A DNA stretch of 32,000 nucleotides from Nitrosopumilus maritimus SCM1 (GCF_000018465.1 NC_010085.1:90001-122000); one strand, 5' to 3'; positions 16,639 through 26,425 are shown, counted from the stretch's first letter. The notes: generated from the sequence alone by a model not told the origin. Numbers and translations: made by a program.

Positions 16639-18219
16639 TCATTTACCTTCTTCAAAATTTTCAAAATCTATTTTAAATATTTTTAGATGGTATGAAAAAT
16701 TTTCTTCTTTTGAATCAAATTCTTTGATCAAAAACGAGTAATTTTCTTCATTAGCATGTATGTCATCAAAAATCGCTAAATCATTTTTATCATCAACTAT
16801 AATATGACTAATATTTGTCTCTCTAAAAAATACCATATATTCTTCTAGTGAATTTTTTTCATTAACCAAAACAGTATTGACATTATGATCTAAAGTCGAT
16901 CTGATTGACTTTCCTTTATACCGTTTTTCAAAAATTTCTGTAAATTCATTCCATTTTTCTGGTAAAGTTGTAACTTCAATATATTTTTCTTCGGGTAAAA
17001 ATGAATTAATTATTTTTTTATCCATCGAAATAATTTTTGCAATTTTTAAAACTTCAATTTCGTGTTCATTGTTAATTTTTTCATATAAGTAATAGTTTGA
17101 AGCAATAGTAATTCCAATTATAATGCAAATTATTATTATATTTTCATTTTTCATTTTTATAGAAAATTTTTCAATCGCCAAAAGTGAAACTATACAGAAT
17201 ATTGGAAATAAAAAATAGAAATATCTTCCATCCAGTAATGGGATAGAATATGCATAAAATGTAGGTAGTGACATTGTTATTGCAGATACAATTAGAAATT
17301 TTTTCTCAAAATTTCTGTTTTTTAATAGAAAATAAATTCCAAATGGAACAAAAAAACCAAAAATCGGTATCATATTCCAAACAAAAAATTTTGAATAATT
17401 TTCTATTCCTGTATGAATAAATGGAAATCCTGAATTAACATTTGATTCTGGAACAATATCTGTGTGTTTCAGAAAACTATTACCGGCCCTCATGAAAATT
17501 CCATCTTCGCCTTTTACATCATATTTGTAATAACTCATTGGCAAAACTACTAGAAGAAATAATGCTAATGCAATTGTATATTTTGGGAAAACAAATTTTT
17601 CATTTTTATATTTAATGATAAACATTATTGATAATCCCAACATTAGAAACAATCCTTCTGATCTTACTATAGTTGAAAAACCTGCAATTAGAAAAGCTAA
17701 ATAATTTAATTTTTTATTATTTGAAATAAAAAAACAAAAAGAAATCACAATTAAAAATATGTATAAAGAATCTGAAATCCCAAATAATGAATTTTGAATT
17801 AAATGTGGTTCTATAGCAAAGATAAATGCTCCCAGAATACTATGTTTTATACTTACATATTTTCTTGCAAAAATGTAAATGGGAAAAATAGTTAATGAAG
17901 AAATACTTATTGAAATGATTTTTTGCAAATTCATATAATTTATAATATTTTCAAATTGAAAAAACCAAAAAATTCCTGATAGTAACATTGCCCATCCGTT
18001 ATTTGCAATTGTGTAGTCATTGGGAATTTTTCCTGTTATGAGAATATCAGATGCATAAAAAAAATATTCTAGTGAATCTAATGTTAATGGAACTTCAAAA
18101 TTTACATAGGCTAATCTAATAATTATTGCAGAGAAAAATATTCCAAATAACGCTAAGAAAATCTTAGGTTTTAGAATATCACTGTTAAAATATTTATTTA
18201 TACTTGATTTTTCTTGCAA
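16639..18219 (-). CDS. Polytopic membrane protein, GT-C (PMT_2/ArnT-like) glycosyltransferase candidate with soluble C-terminal domain
   Basis: About 11 hydrophobic segments fill the first ~370 aa. An acidic first-loop motif (LDSLEYF) follows the first helix. The C-terminal ~150 aa are hydrophilic. There is no WWDYG motif, so it is not a canonical AglB. It uses a TTG start and is extremely AT-rich. Confidence 0.45.
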   Translation of the reverse strand: MQEKSSINKYFNSDILKPKIFLALFGIFFSAIIIRLAYVNFEVPLTLDSLEYFFYASDILITGKIPNDYTIANNGWAMLLSGIFWFFQFENIINYMNLQKIISISISSLTIFPIYIFARKYVSIKHSILGAFIFAIEPHLIQNSLFGISDSLYIFLIVISFCFFISNNKKLNYLAFLIAGFSTIVRSEGLFLMLGLSIMFIIKYKNEKFVFPKYTIALALFLLVVLPMSYYKYDVKGEDGIFMRAGNSFLKHTDIVPESNVNSGFPFIHTGIENYSKFFVWNMIPIFGFFVPFGIYFLLKNRNFEKKFLIVSAITMSLPTFYAYSIPLLDGRYFYFLFPIFCIVSLLAIEKFSIKMKNENIIIICIIIGITIASNYYLYEKINNEHEIEVLKIAKIISMDKKIINSFLPEEKYIEVTTLPEKWNEFTEIFEKRYKGKSIRSTLDHNVNTVLVNEKNSLEEYMVFFRETNISHIIVDDKNDLAIFDDIHANEENYSFLIKEFDSKEENFSYHLKIFKIDFENFEEGK

Positions 18220-18317
18220 CTTTATTGTTTGTTTTCTACTCGTTAAATATGATTTTGTAAATATCCCTTTAGTATAAGCATGAGAAAATTGAAATTTTTC
18301 ACTTTGAAATGATGATC

Positions 18318-19481
18318 TTATGCATTACTTGTTTTTTTTAAGAAATACTTACTTGAAACATATAGGAAAATAGCTTGACCAGCTTCTGCTAAAACTAATG
18401 CCCACGCAACTCCATTAAGCGAATACAATTCCCCTAAGATCAAAATTCCTGAAACTTGTATTGTAAGATATATTGCAACACCTATAACAATAAACCTAGT
18501 TGATAAAATTCCTAACAATTTTGCATTTGTGATAGCTGTTATTGTTCTCGGAATTACTACTAAACTCATTATGGGAATTATTTCTGCAGCACTCTCAAAT
18601 TTTGGAAAGAAATGTGGCAGAATTATTGGACCTAGGAAGATTCCTAAAACTGCAAACAAAACAGCTACGATAACTGCTAATTTCTTTAAAATCACATGAG
18701 AATGACCTGTGGATTCTTGGGGTAAGATATACTGCATCATACTCATAGGTAATATACTCAAAAGTGAAAGAAATTGAATTCCTAAATGATAATTTCCTAA
18801 TAATGCAAATCCTAGTATGGGTGCAATTATAATTTTGTCAATTTGTCCAGTAAATGCCCTACTAATTACTAACCCATAATTATTTGAAATAAAACTCCAT
18901 TGAGGCTTTAATGACGAAAAAGAGAATTTTCCTTTTAACATTTTAAAAATTCTGTAACCTGGAACAAAATGTGATATTGCGTATCCAAGAATTACTCCGT
19001 CAATTCCCAAATTGGGGTAAAGTAGAATACTTGCTAAAACCATTGTAGCTTTCTGAACAATAAATAAAATTGAATATGTTCTGTAAAGTTTATTGCCTAA
19101 AATTTCTCCAATACTAACTCCGTAGATTAGGTAACTGATAGCATACATACTTATTGATAAATTACTAAAAAGAAGATATAGTACAAACATTATTGTAACT
19201 CCAATCAGAAGAATAATTGTTACAAGTGTTGATAGGATGTTGATTTTTTTTGCTGTAAGAACTGTTATTGTATGACTACCACCTACAAATGATAAAACAG
19301 ATGCAAGCCCTGCTATTGATATTAAATAAGATAATTCACCATATTCTGTAGTTGTTAACAAACTTGCTAAATAAAACCAAAATAATGCACTAATTGCATT
19401 TCCAGAAATATTGGCAAAACCAATTGATGTTAAATCTTTAATTCCTTTGATGTTTTTAATTTTATCCTTTAATGAAACCAT
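18318..19481 (-). CDS. Oligosaccharide flippase (Wzx/PST, MOP superfamily)
   Basis: The 387-aa protein is hydrophobic throughout. The N-terminal pattern (SIGFANISGNAISALFWFYLASLLTTTEYGELS) is typical of the Polysacc_synt family. Confidence 0.6.
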   Translation of the reverse strand: MVSLKDKIKNIKGIKDLTSIGFANISGNAISALFWFYLASLLTTTEYGELSYLISIAGLASVLSFVGGSHTITVLTAKKINILSTLVTIILLIGVTIMFVLYLLFSNLSISMYAISYLIYGVSIGEILGNKLYRTYSILFIVQKATMVLASILLYPNLGIDGVILGYAISHFVPGYRIFKMLKGKFSFSSLKPQWSFISNNYGLVISRAFTGQIDKIIIAPILGFALLGNYHLGIQFLSLLSILPMSMMQYILPQESTGHSHVILKKLAVIVAVLFAVLGIFLGPIILPHFFPKFESAAEIIPIMSLVVIPRTITAITNAKLLGILSTRFIVIGVAIYLTIQVSGILILGELYSLNGVAWALVLAEAGQAIFLYVSSKYFLKKTSNA

Positions 19482-19494
19482 TGCTATTATTCAC

Positions 19495-20676
19495 TCATTC
19501 CATTTTTTTCTGAGATTTTTCATATAGTTTCAAAATTTGATTGCCCATATTATCAGAAGAATATTCTTTTTTGACAAACTCGTAACCATTACTTCCTAGT
19601 TTTTTTACCAATTCTTTGTCTTCTAACAAAATTTCAATTTTTTCTTTTAAATCATCAACACTTTCTGGTTCAAAAAGTAAACCGTTTTTGTTATTCAAAA
19701 CAACATATGGTATTCCAAAGATATTCGTACTAATTGTTGGTTTTTTACAAGCGAATCCTTCCAAAGGAGTTAGTGGAGACATTTCCCATCTTGATGGTAG
19801 TACAAGAAATTTACATGCATGATATGCTGAAATTACCTCTCCTCTTGTAGGTTTTTCTATAACCAAAATATTTTCTTTTAAATTTAATTTTTCTATCATT
19901 GAATTCATCTCTCTTTCATATCCAAAATTGGCTCCTAAAATCACAAGTTTTAAATCTTGAAATTTTTTCTTGTCAACAATTTTTTTGAATGATAAAAGCA
20001 GTAAATCAATCCCTTTAATTTTGGTGAATCTGCCAAGAAATAAAATAAATGACTCACTAATGTTGTATTTGTCTTTAAAATCTATATTATTTGCAGCAAA
20101 GTTTCTGTAATCTATTCCATTATGCACTATGGTAATTTTTTTCTCATTTGAGTATTTTAAAAAAACTGATTTTTCATATTCATTTGCTGCAATAATATGT
20201 GAAGCTTGATTAATTACAAATTTTACTAAAGGCTCCTGAATTTTATTTAGAATTTTACCCGCCCCTTTTTGATATTCAGGATGTGTATGTAATCCTCCTT
20301 GATCACTTAATAATAATGGAATTTTGTAAATTTTTGAGTATACTGCAGAAACAAATGCTTGAAACCCTCTAATTCCTATGGCATGAATTACGTCAGGCTT
20401 ATCTTTCTTTAGTTGAAAAAACAATCCTGGATTTATAAAAAATAATTTTATTTTAAAAAAAACATGGTTTCTTTTAATTACAAATTTTTCGTATTTTTCA
20501 ATCTTTGGTAACTCTGAATTAAATTTGTTGACGCTGTTATCAAAATCTAAATCTGTGGTATATACAGTTGTTTCATGGTTTTTTGAAACAAATCTTGCTA
20601 TGTCTAAACATAGAAATAAAATCCCTCCAAACTGAGTAGCAGGTAAAAATGCGGGACACGTTAAAGCAATTTTCAT
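19495..20676 (-). CDS. Glycosyltransferase family 4 (GT-B)
   Basis: The E-x7-E region is EMSPLTPLEGFACKKPTISTNIFGIP. At 393 aa the length fits a GT-B enzyme. Confidence 0.8.
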   Translation of the reverse strand: MKIALTCPAFLPATQFGGILFLCLDIARFVSKNHETTVYTTDLDFDNSVNKFNSELPKIEKYEKFVIKRNHVFFKIKLFFINPGLFFQLKKDKPDVIHAIGIRGFQAFVSAVYSKIYKIPLLLSDQGGLHTHPEYQKGAGKILNKIQEPLVKFVINQASHIIAANEYEKSVFLKYSNEKKITIVHNGIDYRNFAANNIDFKDKYNISESFILFLGRFTKIKGIDLLLLSFKKIVDKKKFQDLKLVILGANFGYEREMNSMIEKLNLKENILVIEKPTRGEVISAYHACKFLVLPSRWEMSPLTPLEGFACKKPTISTNIFGIPYVVLNNKNGLLFEPESVDDLKEKIEILLEDKELVKKLGSNGYEFVKKEYSSDNMGNQILKLYEKSQKKME

Positions 20677-20736
20677 TTAATTATTTCTTGAAATTCCTCT
20701 ATTATAACATGTAATGATAATAATTTTATTAAAAAA

Positions 20737-21624
20737 TTAGATTTCTTTTACCAGTTTTTTAATTCCTAAATCAAGAGTAAAATTTGGAGTAAATCCAAGC
20801 TCATTTTTTGCTTTTTTAATATTAATTACAAATTTTTGTGGTTCTATTACTCTTGCATTTTTTTTGTTGATTTTAATTTTTTGATTAATGTTATTTTCAA
20901 TAATTTTAATCAATTTTGGTAATGTTGTTTTTTCATCTGAACCAATATTGAATGTATTCGAATTTTTATATTTAATTGATAATAATATTGCCTTAACTGC
21001 GTCATCTATATGTAATAAATTAAGAATTTGCTTCCCCCCATAAATTGTAACTTGTTTATTTTTTATAGCATTTTTTATCATTAATGATATTCCTCTTTTA
21101 GAATTAAGATCTCCATAAAAATTTGTAAATCTTAGGATTACATATTGAACATTATATGTTTGATGAAATTTTTTTATTAAATTTTCACTAGTAATTTTTG
21201 TAATTCCATTTAGATTAATTGGAAACTCTAGATCTTTTTCAGTAACTTTCTTTTTTGAATTTCCATAAACTTCTCTTGAAGAACAAAAAATTATTTTGGC
21301 ACCATTTTTTTTCATTAGATTTAAAATATTAAATGTTCCTAAACAATTTACCAAAAAAGTTTTTTCTGGATTTTCTTCACATTCAATGTTGCCTGTTATA
21401 CTTGCTGTATGAATTATAATATTTGGTTTGAATGCGTCAAAAATTTTTTTTAATTGTTTGTAATTTGTTATGTCACATTTTTTTATTATTGTGTTGTTTA
21501 TTGTATGTGTATTTTTTTTTGAAATGCCTAAAGATTGATAATCACTATTACTTAATTCAGATATGATTTTATTGCCTAACATTCCACTTGCACCAGTAAC
21601 CAAAATTTTAATTTGTTTTTTCAT
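20737..21624 (-). CDS. Extended SDR, NAD-dependent epimerase/reductase (RmlD-sized) with Asn at the catalytic Tyr position
   Basis: It has the TGASGMLG Rossmann motif and is 295 aa. The expected P-x-x-x-Y-G-x-T-K region reads PINLNGITK (N139, codon AAT at 21208-21210). Confidence 0.7.
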   Translation of the reverse strand: MKKQIKILVTGASGMLGNKIISELSNSDYQSLGISKKNTHTINNTIIKKCDITNYKQLKKIFDAFKPNIIIHTASITGNIECEENPEKTFLVNCLGTFNILNLMKKNGAKIIFCSSREVYGNSKKKVTEKDLEFPINLNGITKITSENLIKKFHQTYNVQYVILRFTNFYGDLNSKRGISLMIKNAIKNKQVTIYGGKQILNLLHIDDAVKAILLSIKYKNSNTFNIGSDEKTTLPKLIKIIENNINQKIKINKKNARVIEPQKFVINIKKAKNELGFTPNFTLDLGIKKLVKEI

Positions 21625-21719
21625 AATACAGCAATCTTGGTTTTATTGTTTTAAAATATCTTTTTTAATCTTATGACTTTCTTATTATGAATCCTAGTTT
21701 TTATTAAATGCTAAAATAA

Positions 21720-22664
21720 ATGGATATTGTGAAGGTATTGCTTACTGGCGCAAATGGATTTATTGGAAGCCATTTGGCTGATTATCTGTATAATAATTAT
21801 GATATTTTTTTGGCCGTAAGAGAATTCAGTAATATCTCTAACATAAACCATTTGAAAGATAAAGTAAATCTTTCTAAATTAGATATTACAAATTTTAAAG
21901 AAATACAAAATTTGTTAAATGAAATAAAACCTGATGTAGTTATTCATTTAGCTGGAGAAACCTCTCACTCAAAAAGTTTTGAAGATCCTATTCATGATGT
22001 AGAAGTTAATTCAAAATCAACATTATATTTTTTGGAATCAATTCGAAAATTACAATTAAAATGTACTTTTATTTTAGGTAGCACATTCATTGTTATAGGG
22101 AAACCCATTTCTTTACCTGTAAATGAGAAATCAGTTTGTATTCCAACAACAATCTATGCAACAAATAGATTGAGTAGTGAACATTTTTGTAAAATTTATC
22201 ATCAAGTATATGATATGGATTGTAGAATATTTAGAATAACAAATTCCTTTGGTCCTAGAGAAAAAACTATTTCATCAAAAAATGCTGTAAACTTTTTAAT
22301 TTATCAAGCATATAGTGGAAAAGAGATTACTGTCTTTAATGATGGAGAATTTTTTAGAGATCTTATCTATGTGAAAGATGTAGTTTCAGGAATTGAGACA
22401 ATTATGAAAAATGGAAAAAATGGTGAACTCTATTGGATTTCTTCACATCAAAAAACATGGTTTAAAGAATTCGGTAAAATACTTCATGAATTAACAAGCT
22501 CGCCTCTAAATTTTATTCCACCTCCAGAATACACTAAAAAAGTGGATGTGGGAAATTTTTTAGCTGATAATTCCAAACTGAAATCATTGGGATGGGAACC
22601 AAAGTATTCCTTGAGAGATGGGATTATTGAAACTTTAGATTATTTTAAAAACAAAAAATTATAA
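21720..22664 (+). CDS. Extended SDR, NAD-dependent sugar epimerase/dehydratase with YxxxR instead of YxxxK
   Basis: It has the TGANGFIGSHL Rossmann motif. The active-site region reads TTIYATNRLSSE (Y146, R150, codon AGA at 22167-22169). Confidence 0.75.
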   Translation: MDIVKVLLTGANGFIGSHLADYLYNNYDIFLAVREFSNISNINHLKDKVNLSKLDITNFKEIQNLLNEIKPDVVIHLAGETSHSKSFEDPIHDVEVNSKSTLYFLESIRKLQLKCTFILGSTFIVIGKPISLPVNEKSVCIPTTIYATNRLSSEHFCKIYHQVYDMDCRIFRITNSFGPREKTISSKNAVNFLIYQAYSGKEITVFNDGEFFRDLIYVKDVVSGIETIMKNGKNGELYWISSHQKTWFKEFGKILHELTSSPLNFIPPPEYTKKVDVGNFLADNSKLKSLGWEPKYSLRDGIIETLDYFKNKKL

Positions 22665-23699
22665 AATTTTAATAAAAAATTTTGACAAGATATTTAGAAT
22701 ATAATTAATTTTTTTTGAATATATTCTTCCTGTTACTATGCTTGGAATTTCAATTTGATTTTTAAATTCTTTGATGATTTCTACATCTTTAATTTCTTTC
22801 TTTGATTCTATTTCTAAATATTTTTTCTTAATTCCATTCCAGTTTTTTAAAATATTTGAATATCCCTCAATTTTTTCTTTTATCATTCCTTTTGATAAGT
22901 AAAACATTATTACAATTATTTCGATTATGATCAAAGATGGTAGCATTTTAAAAAATGTTTTTCTAGAATAATGTGTCAGTAAACAATAATGTCTATTTCT
23001 TTCTAAAAGAAAATATTTTTTCTTGCTCCAACCAAAACTAAAACTTTCAGCATGATATACCACACACCTAGGAACATAGTGTGATTTAATTCCTAACTGT
23101 CTAGCTCTCCATCCCAATTCTAAATCATCATGATATGCAAACAAAAAATCATCAAAGAAACCGATTTTTTCTAATACTTGCTTTGTAGTAAAAAGGCATG
23201 CACCAGAAGCATAATTAATTAGATAATTTTTATCATGATTTGAATTTTCTTTCTCACCCTTTCCAAAAGAATACCCAAAACCAAAAATTTGAATCATGTT
23301 TCCAGCAGAATTTATTCTAGATGTATCGTCTAATGCTAATAATTTTGGTTGGTAAAGGCCTAAACCTATTTTTTTATACTCTTGAAGAAATTCCTTTAAC
23401 CAAGATTTTTCTACAATTGTATCTGGATTTAGTATCACAATAAATTCCCCTTTGGCAGTTTTTATCCCTATATTGTTTCCTCCACAATATCCTAAATTTT
23501 CTTGATTTTGTATTAGTTTAATTTCAGGAAATTTTTTTTTACATTTATTTTGACTATTATCTGTCGATACATTATCAACTAATATTATTTCAAAATTCTT
23601 GTAATCACTTTTATGAATTGATTCAATACAGTTTTCAATTAATTTACCTGCATTATAATTTAAAATAATAATGCTGACTAATGGCTCTTCTGTATTCAC
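22659..23699 (-). CDS. Glycosyltransferase family 2 with C-terminal membrane segment
   Basis: VSIIILNYNAGKLIENCIESI...EIILVDNVSTDNS is the GT2 N-terminal signature. The start codon is GTG. Confidence 0.85.
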   Translation of the reverse strand: MNTEEPLVSIIILNYNAGKLIENCIESIHKSDYKNFEIILVDNVSTDNSQNKCKKKFPEIKLIQNQENLGYCGGNNIGIKTAKGEFIVILNPDTIVEKSWLKEFLQEYKKIGLGLYQPKLLALDDTSRINSAGNMIQIFGFGYSFGKGEKENSNHDKNYLINYASGACLFTTKQVLEKIGFFDDFLFAYHDDLELGWRARQLGIKSHYVPRCVVYHAESFSFGWSKKKYFLLERNRHYCLLTHYSRKTFFKMLPSLIIIEIIVIMFYLSKGMIKEKIEGYSNILKNWNGIKKKYLEIESKKEIKDVEIIKEFKNQIEIPSIVTGRIYSKKINYILNILSKFFIKIL

Positions 23700-23740
23700 A
23701 AATTATTCTATGATTGTACTTATTTTAATTAATTCTTTTT

Positions 23741-24796
23741 TTAAATCCAAATTTTTGTTCCTTCACCTAGAAGCAAAACATTCTTTTCATTTTTTTCTTG
23801 AAAAATCTGACAATCAAAAGCAATTATACTATCTGAAATTTTTATATTTGAATTAATTTCACAATTATTCATAATTATTGAATTCTCAATTTTACTTTTT
23901 GAAATTTTACAATTATCTCCAATACTAACATTAGGACCAATAACTGAATTATTATTAATAATACAATTTTTTCCAATTAAGACTGGTCCAATTATTTTTA
24001 CATTTTTTAGCAATGATTTTTCTTTTAAAACACAAACACCATCAATTTGAGTTTGTTCTTTTTCTCCCAAAAATTCTTGAGAAATATCTTGAAGAATTTC
24101 TTTATTTGCATGTAAAATATCATTTGGAGTTCCTGTATCTTTCCAATAATCAGTTACAGTGTCAAAGATAATTTTATTTCCTTTTTCCATCAATAATTGT
24201 AGTGCATCAGTAATCTCTAACTCGTTTCTCCATGAAGGTTTTAAGATATCAATAATTTCAAAAATTTTTTTATTTAGAAAATAAATTCCTGTAACTGCAA
24301 GATTTGTTGGTGGATCCTTTGGTTTTTCCATGATCTTGATAATTTTATTATCTTTAACATCTGCAATTCCAAATTGTGTAGGGTTATCTACTTCACATAA
24401 TAACAATAGTGCATCTGCATCAGAATTTTCATAATTGGTTTTGTATTCCAAAATTTCTTTTTTTAAAATATTGTCTCCTAAAAATACAAGGAATTTATCA
24501 TCTTTAACAAAATCTTTGCATAGATTTATTGCATGAGCAATACCTTTTGGCGCTTCTTGTGAAATATACGTGATTTTTACTCCAAATTTCTCTCCATTTC
24601 CATAATATTCTTCGACTTTTTTAGAAGCTATACCTCCAATAATGATGGCAATTTCTGTAATCCCTGCATTCTTCATGGATTCAATACAGTATTGAGACAT
24701 TGGTTTATTTGCAATTGGAAGTAGTTGTTTTGGTCCTGTATGGGTTAAAGGCCTTAGTCGTGTTCCATGACCACCATGTAAAATTATTCCTTTCAT
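23741..24796 (-). CDS. rmlA: Sugar-1-phosphate nucleotidyltransferase (glucose-1-phosphate thymidylyltransferase-like, long form with left-handed beta-helix tail)
   Basis: The N-terminus is MKGIILHGGHGTRLRPLTHTGPKQLLPIANKPM. The C-terminus has hexapeptide-like repeats. The track start at 24799 is a TTG, immediately followed by the ATG at 24796. Confidence 0.85.
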   Translation of the reverse strand: MKGIILHGGHGTRLRPLTHTGPKQLLPIANKPMSQYCIESMKNAGITEIAIIIGGIASKKVEEYYGNGEKFGVKITYISQEAPKGIAHAINLCKDFVKDDKFLVFLGDNILKKEILEYKTNYENSDADALLLLCEVDNPTQFGIADVKDNKIIKIMEKPKDPPTNLAVTGIYFLNKKIFEIIDILKPSWRNELEITDALQLLMEKGNKIIFDTVTDYWKDTGTPNDILHANKEILQDISQEFLGEKEQTQIDGVCVLKEKSLLKNVKIIGPVLIGKNCIINNNSVIGPNVSIGDNCKISKSKIENSIIMNNCEINSNIKISDSIIAFDCQIFQEKNEKNVLLLGEGTKIWI

Positions 24797-24841
24797 CAAA
24801 ATCTCCCTTATTCTAAAGAATTTTATCTTTTACATAAAAAA

Positions 24842-25831
24842 TTAGTTATTCCATTTGGCTTTTTTTAAAATCTCTTTATTAATACCGTTACACCATTCTT
24901 GATTTTTAACATACCAATCAATTGTTTTTTCAATTCCATCTTCAAAGCTTGTTTCTTCTTTCCATTTTAATTCATTTCTTATTTTTGATGAATCTAAACT
25001 ATATCTAAAATCATGCCCAGGTCTATCTTCTACAAATTCTAAATAATCATCATTCAATCCCATTTTTTCCAAAATATTTGTAACAATTTGAATATTATCC
25101 AATTCATTTTGGGCTGAAATGTTATATGATTCTCCAGATTTTCCTTTATGTAAAACTTCTTTGACTGCATTACAATGATCATCAACATGAATCCAATCTC
25201 TAATATTTTTCCCATTTCCGTATATTGGAATTTTTTGCTTTTGCATTGCTAATAGAATAGTTTTTGGTATTAATTTTTCAGGAAATTGTCTAGGTCCATA
25301 ATTATTAGTACAACGTGTTATTACTGTATCTATTTCATATGTTACAAAATAAGAATTAACTAACAATTCTGCTGAAGCTTTGGATGATGAATATGGGCTG
25401 GATGGATTTAATTTGAAATTCTCATTTGCGCTATTTTTTTTTAAACTTCCAAAAACTTCATCTGTTGATATCTGAACTAACCTTTTTTCTTTTTCTTTTT
25501 TTAAAATTTCTAGAATTGTAAATACCCCTAAAATATTTGAGTTTATGAATGGTGTTGCATCTGAAATACTTCGATCAACATGGGATTCTGCTGCAAAATT
25601 TACTATTGCATCAGATATAGAAATCAAATTTTTCATTAGTTTATGATTTGTGATATCTCCTTTAACGAATTCATAATTATTTTTCTTTTGTATTGAAATC
25701 AAATTTTGATGGTTGGCTCCATGATTTTCATTATCTAAATTAATTATGGTATGTTCAGGGAATTCGTTTAAATAATTAATTATAAAATTACTACCAATAA
25801 ATCCTAATCCTCCTGTAACTAAAATTTTCAT
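24842..25831 (-). CDS. rmlB: dTDP-glucose 4,6-dehydratase
   Basis: Motifs seen: TGGLGFIGSNF, AAESHVDRSI, ISTDEVFG and a canonical YSSSK. The protein is 329 aa. Confidence 0.9.
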   Translation of the reverse strand: MKILVTGGLGFIGSNFIINYLNEFPEHTIINLDNENHGANHQNLISIQKKNNYEFVKGDITNHKLMKNLISISDAIVNFAAESHVDRSISDATPFINSNILGVFTILEILKKEKEKRLVQISTDEVFGSLKKNSANENFKLNPSSPYSSSKASAELLVNSYFVTYEIDTVITRCTNNYGPRQFPEKLIPKTILLAMQKQKIPIYGNGKNIRDWIHVDDHCNAVKEVLHKGKSGESYNISAQNELDNIQIVTNILEKMGLNDDYLEFVEDRPGHDFRYSLDSSKIRNELKWKEETSFEDGIEKTIDWYVKNQEWCNGINKEILKKAKWNN

Positions 25832-26021
25832 GTTATGTCTGTGGTTATTGCGTATCTATATTATACTAGTTTTTTGCTATTTAACAGTCTTTTTATCTAA
25901 ATTTTTCTATACTCCTTTGATAATTGTAAAAAAGTCATCTTCTCAACTTAACTATCATTTTTACACATATTTTCTATGATTACAGCATCAGAAGTTCTCG
26001 GATGCCATTAGAGAAAGGCCA

Positions 26022-26059
26022 CTAGGAATACCTATGAAATCTATCTAAAATATTCCTAG
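26022..26059. repeat. 9-bp perfect inverted repeat with 20-nt spacer
   Basis: CTAGGAATA (26022-30) is the reverse complement of TATTCCTAG (26051-59). It lies in the 594-nt non-coding gap, just upstream of the orphan ORF at 26069. Confidence 0.6.
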
Positions 26060-26068
26060 ATTGTACTC

Positions 26069-26302
26069 ATGAAGACTGAGAATCTGGCAAAGTTATCACA
26101 ATCTCAAATTAAAGAATTAGTTTTCAATTATGTGGTTCCTCTCAAAGATCTTACTGATAGAACTGGAAAGCCAAGTCCAAACCCATACAACACACTGCTT
26201 ACTACAAAACTAGTAAGAAAAAAGATTCATTCATTTTTTACTGCAACATATTGTAGAATTAGCAATTTCAGGAATAACTGTAGTAGATATATGACCAATT
26301 GA
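26069..26302 (+). CDS. Orphan 77-aa ORF, doubtful (possible gene remnant)
   Basis: The only evidence is that the frame is open. I recognise no motif, and the C-terminal third is low-complexity. Confidence 0.2.
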   Translation: MKTENLAKLSQSQIKELVFNYVVPLKDLTDRTGKPSPNPYNTLLTTKLVRKKIHSFFTATYCRISNFRNNCSRYMTN

Positions 26303-26425
26303 AAATGGTGCAATAGTTGAACCAGGTTAACAAAATTTATGAAGATTAATAGGGTGACCTCAAAAAAAGATTTGTGAATATACTTTTACAAAAAAAAATC
26401 AATGTCTATAAAAAATTCAAAATAT

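Noticed and set aside
18285..18317. AAUGAUGA heptamer between the flippase and the GT-C gene
   Set aside because: There is no downstream CUGA or complementary terminal stem.
23671..23856. Plus-strand 61-aa ORF bridging GT2 and rmlA
   Set aside because: It overlaps the ends of two supported minus-strand genes, and its peptide is low-complexity.
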